The translations under genes and the position numbers were made by a program. From an uncultured Actinomycetes bacterium (GTDB lineage: Bacteria; Actinomycetota; UBA4738; HRBIN12), in contig OY969934.1 in assembly GCA_963704725.1 (NCBI GenBank), positions 2,592,001-2,656,000 of the forward strand: 64,000 bases of DNA. The letters run 5' to 3'. The notes under the pieces were generated by a model that worked only from the letters and a program-made list of their open reading frames with translations, was not told where the DNA came from and ran no database searches. This document shows positions 7,849-21,188 of this stretch, in pieces (within the stretch, counting starts at the first letter, position 1; the number at the start of each line of letters is the position of its first letter).

Positions 7849-8525
7849 TAGCTGTAGACCCCGCGGGCCTGATCGCGGATCACGCGGCCCTTGTCGAGCT
7901 CGATCACCCGGCGGCGCATCGCGTCCACGATGGCCTGGTCGTGCGTGGCCATGACCACGGTGGTCCCAATACGGTTGACCTTGTCGAGCAGGCGCATGAT
8001 CTCGACCGACGTGCTCGGGTCGAGGTTGCCCGTCGGCTCGTCGGCCAGCAGGACGAGCGGCCGGTTCACGCACGCCCGGGCGATCGACACGCGCTGCTGC
8101 TCGCCGCCGGACAGCTCGTCCGGGAAGTTGTTCAGCTTCTCGCCGAGGCCGACGAGGTCGAGGATCTCGGGCACGCGCTGGTCGATGACGCTCTTGGGCT
8201 TGCCGATCACCTCGAGCGCGAAGCCCACGTTCTCGAACACGGTCTTGTCGGTCAGGAGCTTGAAGTCCTGGAAGACGGTTCCGATGTTGCGACGCAGGTG
8301 CGGGGTCTTCCACGCCGTCAGCTTGGCCAGGTTCTTCCCGGCGACGTAGATGTCGCCCTTCGTCGCCGGCTCCTCCTTCAGCAGGAGGCGGATGAACGTC
8401 GACTTGCCAGAGCCGGACGCGCCGACGATGAAGACGAACTCGCCCTTGTCGACCTCGACCGAGACGTCCTCGAGGGCGGTCGTGCCGTTCCGGTAGACCT
8501 TCGTGACGTGCTGAAGACTGATCAT
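7848..8525 (-). CDS. ftsE: Cell division ATP-binding protein FtsE
   Basis: [36 protein letters not shown]. Confidence 0.95.
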   Translation of the reverse strand: MISLQHVTKVYRNGTTALEDVSVEVDKGEFVFIVGASGSGKSTFIRLLLKEEPATKGDIYVAGKNLAKLTAWKTPHLRRNIGTVFQDFKLLTDKTVFENVGFALEVIGKPKSVIDQRVPEILDLVGLGEKLNNFPDELSGGEQQRVSIARACVNRPLVLLADEPTGNLDPSTSVEIMRLLDKVNRIGTTVVMATHDQAIVDAMRRRVIELDKGRVIRDQARGVYS

Positions 8526-8624
8526 CGCCTGATTCCCGGGGAAGGTTGGGGGGTGACCGCGGCGGAGTCTAACAGAGGACCTTCGCGACCGGAACGAAGC
8601 ACGACCGGATAGCCTGGACCCCCG

Positions 8625-11063
8625 ATGGAGACCGCGACCAGGGCCGTCCCGACGCCTCCCACGACGGCCCCGAGCGCCGAGCGCCCCTCGCGCGCCCGCC
8701 GCCTCGTCGTCGCGGCCGGCGGACCGGCGCTGATCGTCGCCTCGGTGCTCGTCGCGCTTCGCGGGTTCGCGTTCCTCCCGTTGCTGACGAACCAGCACCC
8801 CGACATCCTCACGTTCTGGCTCCCCCGGTCCTGCCTGCTCGGCGACGCGCTGCGCGCCGGCCACGTCCCGCTGTGGAACCCGTTCGAGATGGCGGGGACG
8901 CCCTTCGCCGCCGACGCGCAGTCGGGATGGCTCTCGCTGCCCACGATGGCGCTCTCGTGGGCGTTCGGGTGCGGCGACGGGCTCCGCGCGCAGATCGTGC
9001 TGAACCCGATCCTGGCCGGTCTCGGGCTGTGGTGGTTCCTGCGCAAGGAGGGCCTCGGGCGCCTCGCGGCGACGGCGGGCGGGCTGTCGCTGGCGATGGC
9101 GATCGCGGCCTCGGTGGTGGCGATCTCGATGCCGTTCGCGGGGACGCTCGCGTGGACGCCGCTCGCGCTCGTCGGGGCCTCGGGGTTCTTCACATCGGAC
9201 GGCTGGCGCAGGTTCGGGTGGCTCGCGCTCTCGGCGTTCGCGTGGGGGCAGGTCGCGGCCACCCACCTGTCGCACGGGCTGCTGATCTGCACCGCGCTCG
9301 TGGGGGCGTACGTCGTCGCGAGAGCCGTTCAGGAGGTGCGCGCCGGCTCGCTCCGGGCACGGACCGCCGTCCTGATCGGGCTGGGCTTCCTCGCCTTCCT
9401 TCCCCTGGCGAACCTCGCGATCCTCGTCCCGCGCATCGTGCTGGTCGATCGCTCCAGCCTGCGGGTCGGGTACGGGGCGCTGAAGGGGACCGTTCCCCTC
9501 GTGACATCGCCGGAGGAGCGGCCCATCCCCGACCACGGGGTGTGGAGCGCGTGGCCGCTCGCGCTCGCGTCCACGCCGGGCGCGTACGTGGGGGCGGCGA
9601 TCCTGCTCGCGATCCCCCTCGCGTTCCGCGATCGGGCGCGCCGGCATCTGGTGTGGGCCGTCGCATCGGTGGGCGTCGCGTCGTATGTCCTCACGCTCAC
9701 GTTCCTCGTCGGCGCCGGATGGTTCCGGGCCGCCGTGGCCCGGCTGCCGTTCGGCGACGTGTACCTGCACAACCCGGGGCGGCTGCGATACGCGGCGTTC
9801 CTCGTCGTCCCGGTGCTCGGGGCGATCGGCCTCCAGTCGCTGTTCGACCGGCGGCCATCCTTCCCGCAGGCCCGGCGATGGCTCGCCGTCGGGGCGGGCG
9901 TGTTCCTGGTGCTGCCGCTCGTGCTCGGCGCGAAGCCGCAGCGTCTCGTCGTCTTCGCGATCGGCGTCGTGGTCGCCACCCTGCTCGTGCGGGCCCTGGC
10001 GACGGGGCGGCGATGGGCGGCGGGCGCGCTCGTGGCCGCCCTCTGCGCGGAGCTCCTCGCCGGAGCGCTGTGGTCCTCCGCCTATCACGGAGGAACCGTG
10101 TATCTCGGGCTCGAGGGCAGCGACCACCCCGCGCTGCTGCACGGCCCGGTCCGGTGGCCCGACGTCGACCTGAACGCCTACCTGCGCCCCGGGCCGATCG
10201 CTCGCGAGATCGCCGCCCGCGGCGACGGCCGGTATCTCGCGTGGATCCAGCCCGCCGCCGTCTTCAACAAGGGATACCTGTTCTCGCAGGGGGAGAACGA
10301 CTGGCCGGCCCTGCTCCTCGGCCGGGCGGTGGTGTTCGGCCTGCACGACGCGCTCGGGTACTCGCCGATCCAGGTCCAGCGGTACTGGACCTACATCCGC
10401 GCGACCGACAGGCTGCCGGTCTTCTACAACGCCGCCGTGATCCAGGAGCCGTCACTCGAGGACGTGCGGCTCCTGGGGGTGCGGTACCTGATCTTCCACG
10501 TCGGCCAGCCTGCGCTTCCGCGCGTCACGGGCGACGTCGTGGCGTCCGAGGACGGGTACCGACTGCTCAGGATCGACGGCGCCGAGCCGCGCGTGAGCGT
10601 CGTCCCGGCGTGGACGGTCGTGGCCGACGGAGGCATCGCCCTGGAGGCCGTGTTGCGGCCGGGGTTCGACCCCGCGGCCACCGCGTACGTCGAAGGCGAT
10701 CCGAAGATCTCGCCCGTCGAGGGCACGACCCCCGGAACGGCCACGTACCGCGAGGAGCGCCCAGAGGACGTCCGGATCGACGTCACGGCGAACGGCCCCT
10801 CGCTCGTCCTGGTCCGGAACGCGTGGGAGCGCGGATGGAGCGCCACGGTCGACGGGCGACCCGCGCGGCTCGTGCGCGCCGACTCGTTCCTGCAGGCCGT
10901 GCCGGTGACGGCCGGGCACCACGAGGTCCGTCTCGTCTACCGCGAGCCGGCGATCGGCGAGGGTCTGCTCGGGTCGGCCGTCGCGTGGGGGATGTTCGCC
11001 GTTGCGCTCGCCGGCGCGATCTTTTCGGCGAGGCGGGCGAGAAGGAAGGAGATGAAGGACTGA
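8625..11063 (+). CDS. YfhO-like polytopic membrane protein (putative GT-C glycosyltransferase)
   Basis: [16 protein letters not shown] motif, many TMs, C-terminal GWSATVDG....[21 protein letters not shown]. Confidence 0.75.
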   Translation: METATRAVPTPPTTAPSAERPSRARRLVVAAGGPALIVASVLVALRGFAFLPLLTNQHPDILTFWLPRSCLLGDALRAGHVPLWNPFEMAGTPFAADAQSGWLSLPTMALSWAFGCGDGLRAQIVLNPILAGLGLWWFLRKEGLGRLAATAGGLSLAMAIAASVVAISMPFAGTLAWTPLALVGASGFFTSDGWRRFGWLALSAFAWGQVAATHLSHGLLICTALVGAYVVARAVQEVRAGSLRARTAVLIGLGFLAFLPLANLAILVPRIVLVDRSSLRVGYGALKGTVPLVTSPEERPIPDHGVWSAWPLALASTPGAYVGAAILLAIPLAFRDRARRHLVWAVASVGVASYVLTLTFLVGAGWFRAAVARLPFGDVYLHNPGRLRYAAFLVVPVLGAIGLQSLFDRRPSFPQARRWLAVGAGVFLVLPLVLGAKPQRLVVFAIGVVVATLLVRALATGRRWAAGALVAALCAELLAGALWSSAYHGGTVYLGLEGSDHPALLHGPVRWPDVDLNAYLRPGPIAREIAARGDGRYLAWIQPAAVFNKGYLFSQGENDWPALLLGRAVVFGLHDALGYSPIQVQRYWTYIRATDRLPVFYNAAVIQEPSLEDVRLLGVRYLIFHVGQPALPRVTGDVVASEDGYRLLRIDGAEPRVSVVPAWTVVADGGIALEAVLRPGFDPAATAYVEGDPKISPVEGTTPGTATYREERPEDVRIDVTANGPSLVLVRNAWERGWSATVDGRPARLVRADSFLQAVPVTAGHHEVRLVYREPAIGEGLLGSAVAWGMFAVALAGAIFSARRARRKEMKD

Positions 11064-11069
11064 CGCGGG

Positions 11070-12183
11070 CTACGAGCCCCGCTCCTCGGCGCGACGCCTC
11101 AGCTCGGCCTCGATCAGCTCCCCGATGTCGCCGTCGAGGACGCGGTCGACGTCGCCGATCTCCAGGCCGGTGCGGTGATCCTTGACCAGGCGGTAGGGGG
11201 CCAGGACGTACGAGCGGATCTGCGATCCGAAGTCGATCCCCTTGCGCTCGCCGCGCAGGTTCTCCAGGCGCTCCTGCTGCTGCTCGCGCATCCGCTCGAA
11301 CAGCCGCGACTTCAGGATCCGCATGGCGACGGCGCGGTTCTGCAGCTGCGAGCGCTCGTTCTGGCACGCGGCGGTGATCCCGGTCGGCAGGTGCGTGATC
11401 CGCACGGCCGAGTCGGTGGTGTTCACGGACTGGCCGCCGGGACCCGTCGAGCGGTAGACGTCGATCCGCAGGTCCTTGGGGTCGATGTCCACGTCCTCCT
11501 CGGTGGCCTCCTCGAGCAGCGGGATCACGTCGAGGTTGGCGAACGACGTGTGCCGGCGCTTCTGCGCGTCGAACGGGCTGATCCGGACGAGCCGGTGCAC
11601 GCCGCGCTCGGCCGAGAGCAGGCCGTACGCGTTCGGACCGTGGACCACGAACGTCGCGCTCTTGATCCCGGCCTCGTCGCCGAACAGCGTCTCGTCGACC
11701 TCGACGTCGAGCCCCTCGCGCTCGGCCCATCGCAGGTACATGCGCAGCAGCATCTCGGCCCAGTCCTGCGACTCCGTGCCGCCGGCGCCCGCGTGCAGCG
11801 TGGCCACGGCGTCGTTCTGGTCGTGCTCGCCGCCGAGGAGCGTCGCCAGCTCGAGCCGCTCCAGGTCCCGTTCCAGCTCGCGCACCGTCTTGGCCAGCTC
11901 GGCGGACAGGTCGGCGTCGGACTCGGCCTCCAGGAGCTCGTCCATGGCCCGCGCGTCGCCGAGGCGGCGGACGAAGGCGTCGTAGCGGTCGAGCTCTGCC
12001 TGCAGGCGCGAGAGCCGTGTGGTCAGCTGGCGGGCGTGGTCGGGGTCGTCCCAGAGCGAGGGATCGGCCGCCTGTTGCTCGAGCTCGGCCGCCTGCGCGC
12101 GCTTGCCGTCGACGTCAAAGGAACTCCTTCGCGGCGGCGATGCGCTCGGCGAGGTCCTCGAGGTGCTGGGTGTGCTCGCTCAT
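11070..12183 (-). CDS. prfB: Peptide chain release factor 2, with programmed +1 frameshift
   Basis: MSEHTQ...KEFL CTT-TGA-C, then +1 frame; SPF and GGQ motifs. Confidence 0.95.
12114..12129 (-). promoter_or_regulatory. prfB autoregulatory frameshift cassette
   Basis: AAGGAG-TTC-CTTTGAC: internal SD followed by the slippery stop site. Confidence 0.92.
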
Positions 12184-12221
12184 CGCCGGGCATCGTACCC
12201 GCCGGGTCCTATCCTGCCGTC

Positions 12222-13076
12222 GTGTCCACCCCCGGCGACCTCGCGCCCGGCGACCGCCTGGGCCCGTACCGGATCGAGGAGCCGCTCGGCCGGGGCGCCG
12301 TGGGCGTCGTGTTCCGCGCCGCGCGGGAGCCGGGCGGCGAATGGGTCGCGTTGAAGGTCCTGCGCCCCGAGCTGTCCCACGACGACGTGTTCCGGCGCCG
12401 GTTCGCGCACGAGGCGAGGGCCGCCGGGGAGGTGCGGCACCGCCATCTCGTTCAGGTCCTCGATGCCGGGGAGGCGGAGGGTCGTGCCTACCTGGCCGTC
12501 GCGTTCGTCCGCGGCCGCACGCTCGAGGAGCGGCTCGGGGTCGAGGGCGCCCTCCCCGTGGCCGACGTCGTCCGTCTCGTCGCCCACGTTGGGTCGGGCC
12601 TGGACGCGCTGCACGCCGCCGGCATCGTCCATCGAGACGTGAAGCCCTCGAACGTGATGCTCGACGAGGAGGGGTCCGCCCTGCTCACCGACTTCGGGCT
12701 GGCCAAGGGCCGCGCCTACACCGTCCTCACGCGGCCCGGCATGGTCATGGGAACCCTCGACTACCTCGCGCCCGAGCTGCTCCGCGGGGCCGAGGCCTCG
12801 CCGGCGAGCGACCGGTACGCGCTGGGGTGCCTCGCGTTCGAGTGCGCCACCGGGCGCCCGCCGTTCGCGGACCGGTCGATGGTCCAGCTCGCCTCCGCGC
12901 ATCTGGACGAGCCACCGCCCGACGCGTCGGCGCGGCGTGAGGACCTCCCGCCCGGGATGTCGTGGGCCATCACGCAGGCGCTGTCCAAGGAGCCGGCCCG
13001 GCGGCCGCCGACGGGGACGGCGTTCGCGAACCTGCTGGCGATCGGCTCCGGCGGCGGGACCCCGTCGCCGGCCTGA
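12222..13076 (+). CDS. Stand-alone Ser/Thr protein kinase
   Basis: LGRGAVGVV, VALK, HRDVKPSN, DFG, YLAPE; no TM or sensor domain. Confidence 0.9.
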   Translation: MSTPGDLAPGDRLGPYRIEEPLGRGAVGVVFRAAREPGGEWVALKVLRPELSHDDVFRRRFAHEARAAGEVRHRHLVQVLDAGEAEGRAYLAVAFVRGRTLEERLGVEGALPVADVVRLVAHVGSGLDALHAAGIVHRDVKPSNVMLDEEGSALLTDFGLAKGRAYTVLTRPGMVMGTLDYLAPELLRGAEASPASDRYALGCLAFECATGRPPFADRSMVQLASAHLDEPPPDASARREDLPPGMSWAITQALSKEPARRPPTGTAFANLLAIGSGGGTPSPA

Positions 13077-13080
13077 CCGG

Positions 13081-15120
13081 TCAGCCGCCCCGGGCGTCGA
13101 GCTCGGCGAGCCCCGACGCGGCCCGGGCACCGGCCTCGGCGTCCCCCAGCCGCTCCGCGAGCCGGGCGGCGCGGGTCCACAGCTCGCGGGCGCGCTCGCC
13201 GGCGTCCAGCTCCGCGGCCCGGGCGGCGGCCCGCTCGAGGTACACCAGGGCCTTGGCCCGCTCGTCGCTGCGATAGAAGTAGAAAGCGAGCTGCTCGAAC
13301 CGCTCCCCCACCTGAGCCCCGAACCGCTCCTCCATGGCCGCGCCCACCCGGCCCGAGAGCTCGCGGATCGCCGCCGGCGTCAGCGTCGACAACGCCGCCT
13401 CCTGCAGCAGGCCGTGACGGAACGTGCATTCGAGCTCGGGGAACCGGCGCACCTCTCGCACGATCTCGGCCCGCAGCAGCGCGGCCAGGTCGGCCTCGGG
13501 ATCCGCGCTCCCGGCGACGGCGGTCGCCACCGGCGCCGGGAACTCCCGGCCCACGACGGCCGCCACCTGCGCCAGCCGGCGCGGCCCGGGATCGAGACGG
13601 TCGATCCTGGCGACCAGGAGCGCCTCGAGCGCGGGGGGGAGGTCGGCCGCCGCACCGGGGCCGATCGTCCAGGTCCGGCGTCGGTCACCGCCGGACTCCA
13701 CCAGCGCGCGCACGAGCTCCTCGACGAACAGCGGGTTGCCCTCGGCCTTCGCCACGACCTCCTCCCGCACCGTCTCCCCGAGCAGCCCGGGCGGCACCAT
13801 GGCGTCCACCAGCGCGCCCGAAGCCTCGGGGGAGAGGGGCGGCAGCGAGAGCTCCTCGACCCGGTGCGGGTACCCGGCCTGCGCGGCCAGCCGGAACGCC
13901 CATCCCTGCGACGCGGGATCCGGGCGGAGCGTGGCGGCAAGCAGGATCGCCGAACGGTCGGTCAGGTCGAGCAGCCGCTCGGCCAGCTCGCGCGTGGTCC
14001 GGTTCGCCCATTGCAGGTCGTCGATCGCGACGACGAGCGGCCGCCTGGCCGCGACCGCCTCGGCCCACGCGACATACGCGTCGCGTTGTCGCGCCGCCAG
14101 GTCCTCGGGGGAGAGGACGAGGAGCCCGCGCTCCGACTCGGGATCCAGCCGCAGCGAGAGCACCAGGCCGAGGTACGGGAGCAGCTCGTCCCCCGCCGCA
14201 CCGAACAGCGCCCCGGCGCGGGCCCGGAGCTTGGTCCGAACGGCGACGTCGGCGTCGTCCTCGACCGCGCCGATCCACGTCCGCAAGATGTCGGCGAACG
14301 GCCCGTGGGAGGCCTCGGCTCCGTACGAGGCGCAGGCACCCGCGAGCCACGTGGCCTCGTCGCCGACGAGGTCCCGCAGCGCGTCGAGCATCCGCGTCTT
14401 GCCGAACCCGGCCTGTCCCAGGATCAACAGGGCGTGGCCCCGGCCGGTCCGGACGTCCCGAACGGAGCTGGCGAGGCGGGCAAGCTCGCCGTCCCGGCCG
14501 ACGAGCGCCGTCGAGGGCCGGGGCTCGCCCGTTGGCCGCGGACCGACCAGCCGGGACGCGGCCACGGGCTCCGCCCGCCCCTTCACGGTCAGGTCCCCGA
14601 GCGGCTCGAGGACGAAGCGGCCCGCGAGCCGCTCGGCGGTCTTGGGACCGACGGCGATCGTCCCCGGCTCGGCGGCCCCCTGGAGCCGCGCCGCCACGTT
14701 CGTCGTGTCGCCGAGGGCCACGATCCGGGCATCCCGGCCGCCGACCATGCCCACGGCGACCGGGCCGCTGTTCAGCCCGACGCGGACGTCGAACCCCTGG
14801 ATCCCCCACGCCGCCTCGACCTCCGCCGCGTACCCGGCGGCGATCCCCACGATCCGCAGCGCCGCGCGCGCCGCCCGTTCGGGATCGTCCTCGTGGGCGA
14901 TCGGGACGCCGAAGTAGGCGCAGATCCCGTCGCCCATGAACGCCTGCACGCTGCCGCCGAACTCCTCGACGGCGCGGCTCATCCGGGTGACGAACTCCCC
15001 GACCAGGGCCTTCACCTCGTCGGGCCCGAGCCGCTCCCCCAGGCCGGTCGAGCCCACGATGTCGCCGAACAGCGCCGTGATGGGGCGCATCTCGTCGCCG
15101 TGTCCCATCGGATCCGTCAC
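13081..15120 (-). CDS. Class III nucleotide cyclase fused to an AAA/STAND ATPase
   Basis: LFGDIVGST, MGDG, GDTTNVAARL; Walker A GQAGFGKT and Walker B IDDLQWA; RBS AGGAGGT. Confidence 0.88.
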   Translation of the reverse strand: MTDPMGHGDEMRPITALFGDIVGSTGLGERLGPDEVKALVGEFVTRMSRAVEEFGGSVQAFMGDGICAYFGVPIAHEDDPERAARAALRIVGIAAGYAAEVEAAWGIQGFDVRVGLNSGPVAVGMVGGRDARIVALGDTTNVAARLQGAAEPGTIAVGPKTAERLAGRFVLEPLGDLTVKGRAEPVAASRLVGPRPTGEPRPSTALVGRDGELARLASSVRDVRTGRGHALLILGQAGFGKTRMLDALRDLVGDEATWLAGACASYGAEASHGPFADILRTWIGAVEDDADVAVRTKLRARAGALFGAAGDELLPYLGLVLSLRLDPESERGLLVLSPEDLAARQRDAYVAWAEAVAARRPLVVAIDDLQWANRTTRELAERLLDLTDRSAILLAATLRPDPASQGWAFRLAAQAGYPHRVEELSLPPLSPEASGALVDAMVPPGLLGETVREEVVAKAEGNPLFVEELVRALVESGGDRRRTWTIGPGAAADLPPALEALLVARIDRLDPGPRRLAQVAAVVGREFPAPVATAVAGSADPEADLAALLRAEIVREVRRFPELECTFRHGLLQEAALSTLTPAAIRELSGRVGAAMEERFGAQVGERFEQLAFYFYRSDERAKALVYLERAAARAAELDAGERARELWTRAARLAERLGDAEAGARAASGLAELDARGG

Positions 15121-15161
15121 CGCACCTCCTGCCGGCCGAGCCTAATGGACGCGACCCGGTG

Positions 15162-15177
15162 TGTGACCGGCGTCACG
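15162..15177. promoter_or_regulatory. CRP/GlxR-like site TGTGA-N6-TCACG
   Basis: TGTGACCGGCGTCACG in the divergent intergenic region upstream of the cyclase. Confidence 0.5.
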
Positions 15178-15261
15178 CCGATCACGTGGCGCCCAGCACC
15201 GACCGGCGCCTTCGGCCCCCGTAGCGTCGGACCCCGGAACCGGCAGGAAGGGAGAGGTCGA

Positions 15262-15528
15262 ATGAGCGCCATGACGGAGAGCCTGGGACGCAGGTACGGG
15301 GCTCGCGCGCCGCGGTGGCTCGCGATCGCCCTCGCCCTGCTCGCGTTCGCGATCATCGCGTCCGCGGTCGTCAGTCTCGCGGCGGATCGCTCGCCCGCGA
15401 CGACCCGCGACCCGGGACCGAGCCTGAGCGATCCGGCCGGGCGGCGCGGCGACTTCCACCACGGAGTCGTCAAGCGCGGTTCGGTCGCGGACCAGGGCTT
15501 CCGCGGCGGACCGGCCAGGCGAGGTTGA
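15262..15528 (+). CDS. Small single-TM hypothetical protein
   Basis: RBS GGGAGAGG, ATG, hydrophobic WLAIALALLAFAIIASAVVSL. Confidence 0.55.
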   Translation: MSAMTESLGRRYGARAPRWLAIALALLAFAIIASAVVSLAADRSPATTRDPGPSLSDPAGRRGDFHHGVVKRGSVADQGFRGGPARRG

Positions 15529-15604
15529 GCAGGACGTGATGAGCACCCGTCGACGCCACGACGGGCGGCGCCGGTGAGAGAACCCCCTTCGCTCCCGGCA
15601 GTAG

Positions 15605-15632
15605 GAAGGGCCGGCCTCCGGGCCGGCCCTTC
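15605..15632. terminator. Hairpin between convergent genes (secA 3' end)
   Basis: GAAGGGCCGGCC-TCCG-GGCCGGCCCTTC, perfect 12-bp stem. Confidence 0.7.
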
Positions 15633-15670
15633 GCCTGTCCCCCGGCCCGATCGCGTGGCTGTGGCTCGGC

Positions 15671-18346
<2,676 letters not shown>

Positions 18347-18495
18347 GGGGAACCCCTTCTGGAACCGCTGGGGAGGGCCGGGTTCCTATGGTACCGGAGC
18401 CCTCCGCAATGGCTCGAAGCTGCCACGATGACGGCCGCGAGGGCACGGGCCGTCCCGTGGGTATCCCTAGCATTCGACCGCACAGGAGGGCCGCG

Positions 18496-19623
18496 GTGAC
18501 CGATGTCAGCACGGAGAGAGCGGATCCCATGATCTCGCTCCGGCACGTGTCGAAGGCCTACGACGGGACCTCGGAGGCCGCGGTGGGCGACCTCTCGCTC
18601 GACGTCCCGCGCGAGGCCACCGTGATGCTCGTCGGCCCCTCGGGGTGCGGCAAGACGACCACCCTGAAGATGATCAATCGCCTCATCGAGCCGACCGCCG
18701 GCGAGATCGTCGTCGACGGGCGGGACGTGATGGCCGCCGACCCCGTGCAGCTCCGGCGCGGGATCGGGTACGTGATCCAGCAGGTCGGGTTGCTGCCCCA
18801 CCACACGATCTTCGACAACATCGCCACGGTTCCCCGGCTCCTGGGGTGGGATCGGGCGCGCACGCGCGACCGGGTCCTCGAGCTGGCCGCGCTCCTGGAC
18901 CTGGACGAGGCGTTCCTGTCCCGCTACCCGGCCGAGCTGTCCGGCGGCCAGCGGCAACGGGTCGGCGTGGCCCGAGCGCTGGGGGCCGACCCGCCGATCC
19001 TGCTCATGGACGAGCCGTTCGGGGCGGTGGACCCCATCGTCCGCGCCCGGCTCCAGGACGAGTTCGCCGCGCTCCGCACCCGGCTGGGCAAGACGGTCGT
19101 GTTCGTGACCCACGACGTCGACGAGGCCATCAAGCTCGGCGATCGCATCGCGATCATGAACGTCGGCGGGACGGTCGAGCAGTACGCGCCCCCCGAGGAG
19201 ATCCTTCGTACCCCGGCCACGGAGTTCGTCGAGAGGTTCGTGGGCAGCGAGCGCGGGCTCAAGCGCCTCTCGCTCATCCGCATCGCCGACATCGGGGTCG
19301 AGGACGGCCCGGTCGTGGCGTCGACCGATACGGCCGAGGAGGCCCGGCGCGCGATCGACGCCTCGCCGTTCGACTGGGCCTCGGTCGTGGACCGGGGCGA
19401 GCTCCTCGGGTGGATCGACCGCGCGGCGCTCGACGGCGCCCGCACCGTGGCCGAGCTCACGCCCCGGCGGTTCGTCGCGTACGTCACGTCGTCGAGCTCG
19501 CTGCGGGAGGCGCTCGACGCCATCGTCACCTCGCGCACCCGAGTCGCCGTGGTGGCGAGCGAGGGCCAGCGCTACCTGGGGATCCTCACGATGGAGCGGA
19601 TCTCGAGGGAGATCGTCGAGTGA
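18496..19623 (+). CDS. Osmoprotectant ABC transporter ATP-binding protein (OpuC/ProV-like, CBS domains)
   Basis: GPSGCGKTT, LRRGIGYVIQQ, LSGGQRQRVG, MDEPFGAVDP. Confidence 0.9.
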   Translation: MTDVSTERADPMISLRHVSKAYDGTSEAAVGDLSLDVPREATVMLVGPSGCGKTTTLKMINRLIEPTAGEIVVDGRDVMAADPVQLRRGIGYVIQQVGLLPHHTIFDNIATVPRLLGWDRARTRDRVLELAALLDLDEAFLSRYPAELSGGQRQRVGVARALGADPPILLMDEPFGAVDPIVRARLQDEFAALRTRLGKTVVFVTHDVDEAIKLGDRIAIMNVGGTVEQYAPPEEILRTPATEFVERFVGSERGLKRLSLIRIADIGVEDGPVVASTDTAEEARRAIDASPFDWASVVDRGELLGWIDRAALDGARTVAELTPRRFVAYVTSSSSLREALDAIVTSRTRVAVVASEGQRYLGILTMERISREIVE

Positions 19624-20333
19624 CCACGCTCGCGGCCGCGAAGTTCTGGGACTGGACCTGGATCGGTCACAACCTCGACGAGATCTGGGCCCGGACGCTC
19701 GAGCACGTCGAGCTCACGGTTCTCGCCGTCGTCATCGGCTTCGCCATCTCGCTCCCGCTCGGGGTCCTGGCTCACCGGCATCGGGCGACCTACCCGCCGA
19801 TCGCGTTCGTCGCCGGCGTCCTCTACACGATCCCGAGCCTTGCGCTGTTCGTCACGCTGATCCCGCTCACGCACCTGTCCCGGACGACCGCGCTGATCGG
19901 TCTCGTGAGCTACACGCTCCTCATCCTGATCCGCAACGTCGTCGCCGGCCTCGACGCCGTACCCGAGGACGTGCGCTCGGCGGCGATCGGCATGGGGTAC
20001 GGCCCGCGACAGATGCTCTGGCGCGTCGACCTGCCGCTCGCCCTGCCGGTCATCGTCGCGGGGATCCGGCTGGCGACGGTGACCACGATCGGGCTCGTGA
20101 CCGTCACCGCGGTGATCGGACAGGGGGGGCTCGGGCACTTCATCCTGCTCGGCATCCAGCAGTTCCGGCCCATGGCCACCCTCGTCGGCTCGGTGCTCTC
20201 CGTCGCCCTTGCGGTCGCATCCGACGCCGGACTGGTCGCCGGACAGCGCCGGCTCATGCCGTGGACCCGCGGCCCGGACCGAGCTGCCGAGCCCGCCCCC
20301 CGACCGGACGCGCAGAGCAGCACGGTGGTGTGA
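19620..20333 (+). CDS. Osmoprotectant ABC transporter permease
   Basis: YTIPSLAL, AAIGMG..LWRVDLPLALPVIVAGIR. Confidence 0.9.
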   Translation: MTTLAAAKFWDWTWIGHNLDEIWARTLEHVELTVLAVVIGFAISLPLGVLAHRHRATYPPIAFVAGVLYTIPSLALFVTLIPLTHLSRTTALIGLVSYTLLILIRNVVAGLDAVPEDVRSAAIGMGYGPRQMLWRVDLPLALPVIVAGIRLATVTTIGLVTVTAVIGQGGLGHFILLGIQQFRPMATLVGSVLSVALAVASDAGLVAGQRRLMPWTRGPDRAAEPAPRPDAQSSTVV

Positions 20334-20334
20334 G

Positions 20335-21018
20335 ATGAGCGTCTGGAACTGGCTGACGGATCCGGCGAACTGGTCGGGATCGGCGGGCATCCCGACCCGG
20401 GTCACCGAGCACCTCGAGATCTCCGTCGTCGCCGTGCTCATCGCCATGGCCATCGCGCTGCCGGCCGGACTCGCCATCGGCCACACGAGACGGGGCGAGT
20501 TCGTCGCGGTCCAGGTCGCCAATCTCGGCCGCGCGGTCCCCTCGTTCGCCATCTTGTCGATCGTGTACCAGGTGGTGCTGCAACTCGCGCCGAGGTCGGC
20601 GTTCGGGTTCGTCCCCACCGTCGTGGCGATGGTCTTCCTCGCGGTCCCGCCGATCCTGACGAACGCCTACGTGGGCGTGCAGCAGGTCGACGCCGAGACC
20701 GTCGAGGCCGCACGGGGCATGGGGATGACGGGACGACAGGTGCTGCGCTCCCTGGAGATGCCGCTCGCCTCGCCGTTGATCGTCACGGGGTGCCGAACGG
20801 CCGCGGTCCAGGTGGTCGCGACCGCGACGCTCGCGGCGCTCATCGCCGGCGGCGGGCTCGGCCGATTCATCATCGACGGGTTCGCCACGCAGGATCAGCC
20901 CCAGATGATCGGCGGGGCAGTGCTGGTCGCCGCGCTCGCCATCGCGACCGAGCTGCTCTTCGCCATCATCGCCCGGCTGACGGCCCCGCGCCTGTCCTCG
21001 GCCCGCCGACGCGGGTAG
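20335..21018 (+). CDS. Osmoprotectant ABC transporter permease
   Basis: EAARGMGM, EMPLASPLI, IAGGGLG. Confidence 0.9.
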   Translation: MSVWNWLTDPANWSGSAGIPTRVTEHLEISVVAVLIAMAIALPAGLAIGHTRRGEFVAVQVANLGRAVPSFAILSIVYQVVLQLAPRSAFGFVPTVVAMVFLAVPPILTNAYVGVQQVDAETVEAARGMGMTGRQVLRSLEMPLASPLIVTGCRTAAVQVVATATLAALIAGGGLGRFIIDGFATQDQPQMIGGAVLVAALAIATELLFAIIARLTAPRLSSARRRG

Positions 21019-21188
21019 GAACGAGGCCAACCGGGGAACGCTGCCCTGAGCCCCGAGATCTTCGGGAACCGTGGAAGATGGGGGCCGCGACGGCCGTTGT
21101 CGGTGTCGTCGAGCATCATGGCTCGAACATCCCTGCGCGGCAGGGATCGGCTCGGACCAACCCGGTCCGAAGAAGGGGAGGTTGACCC

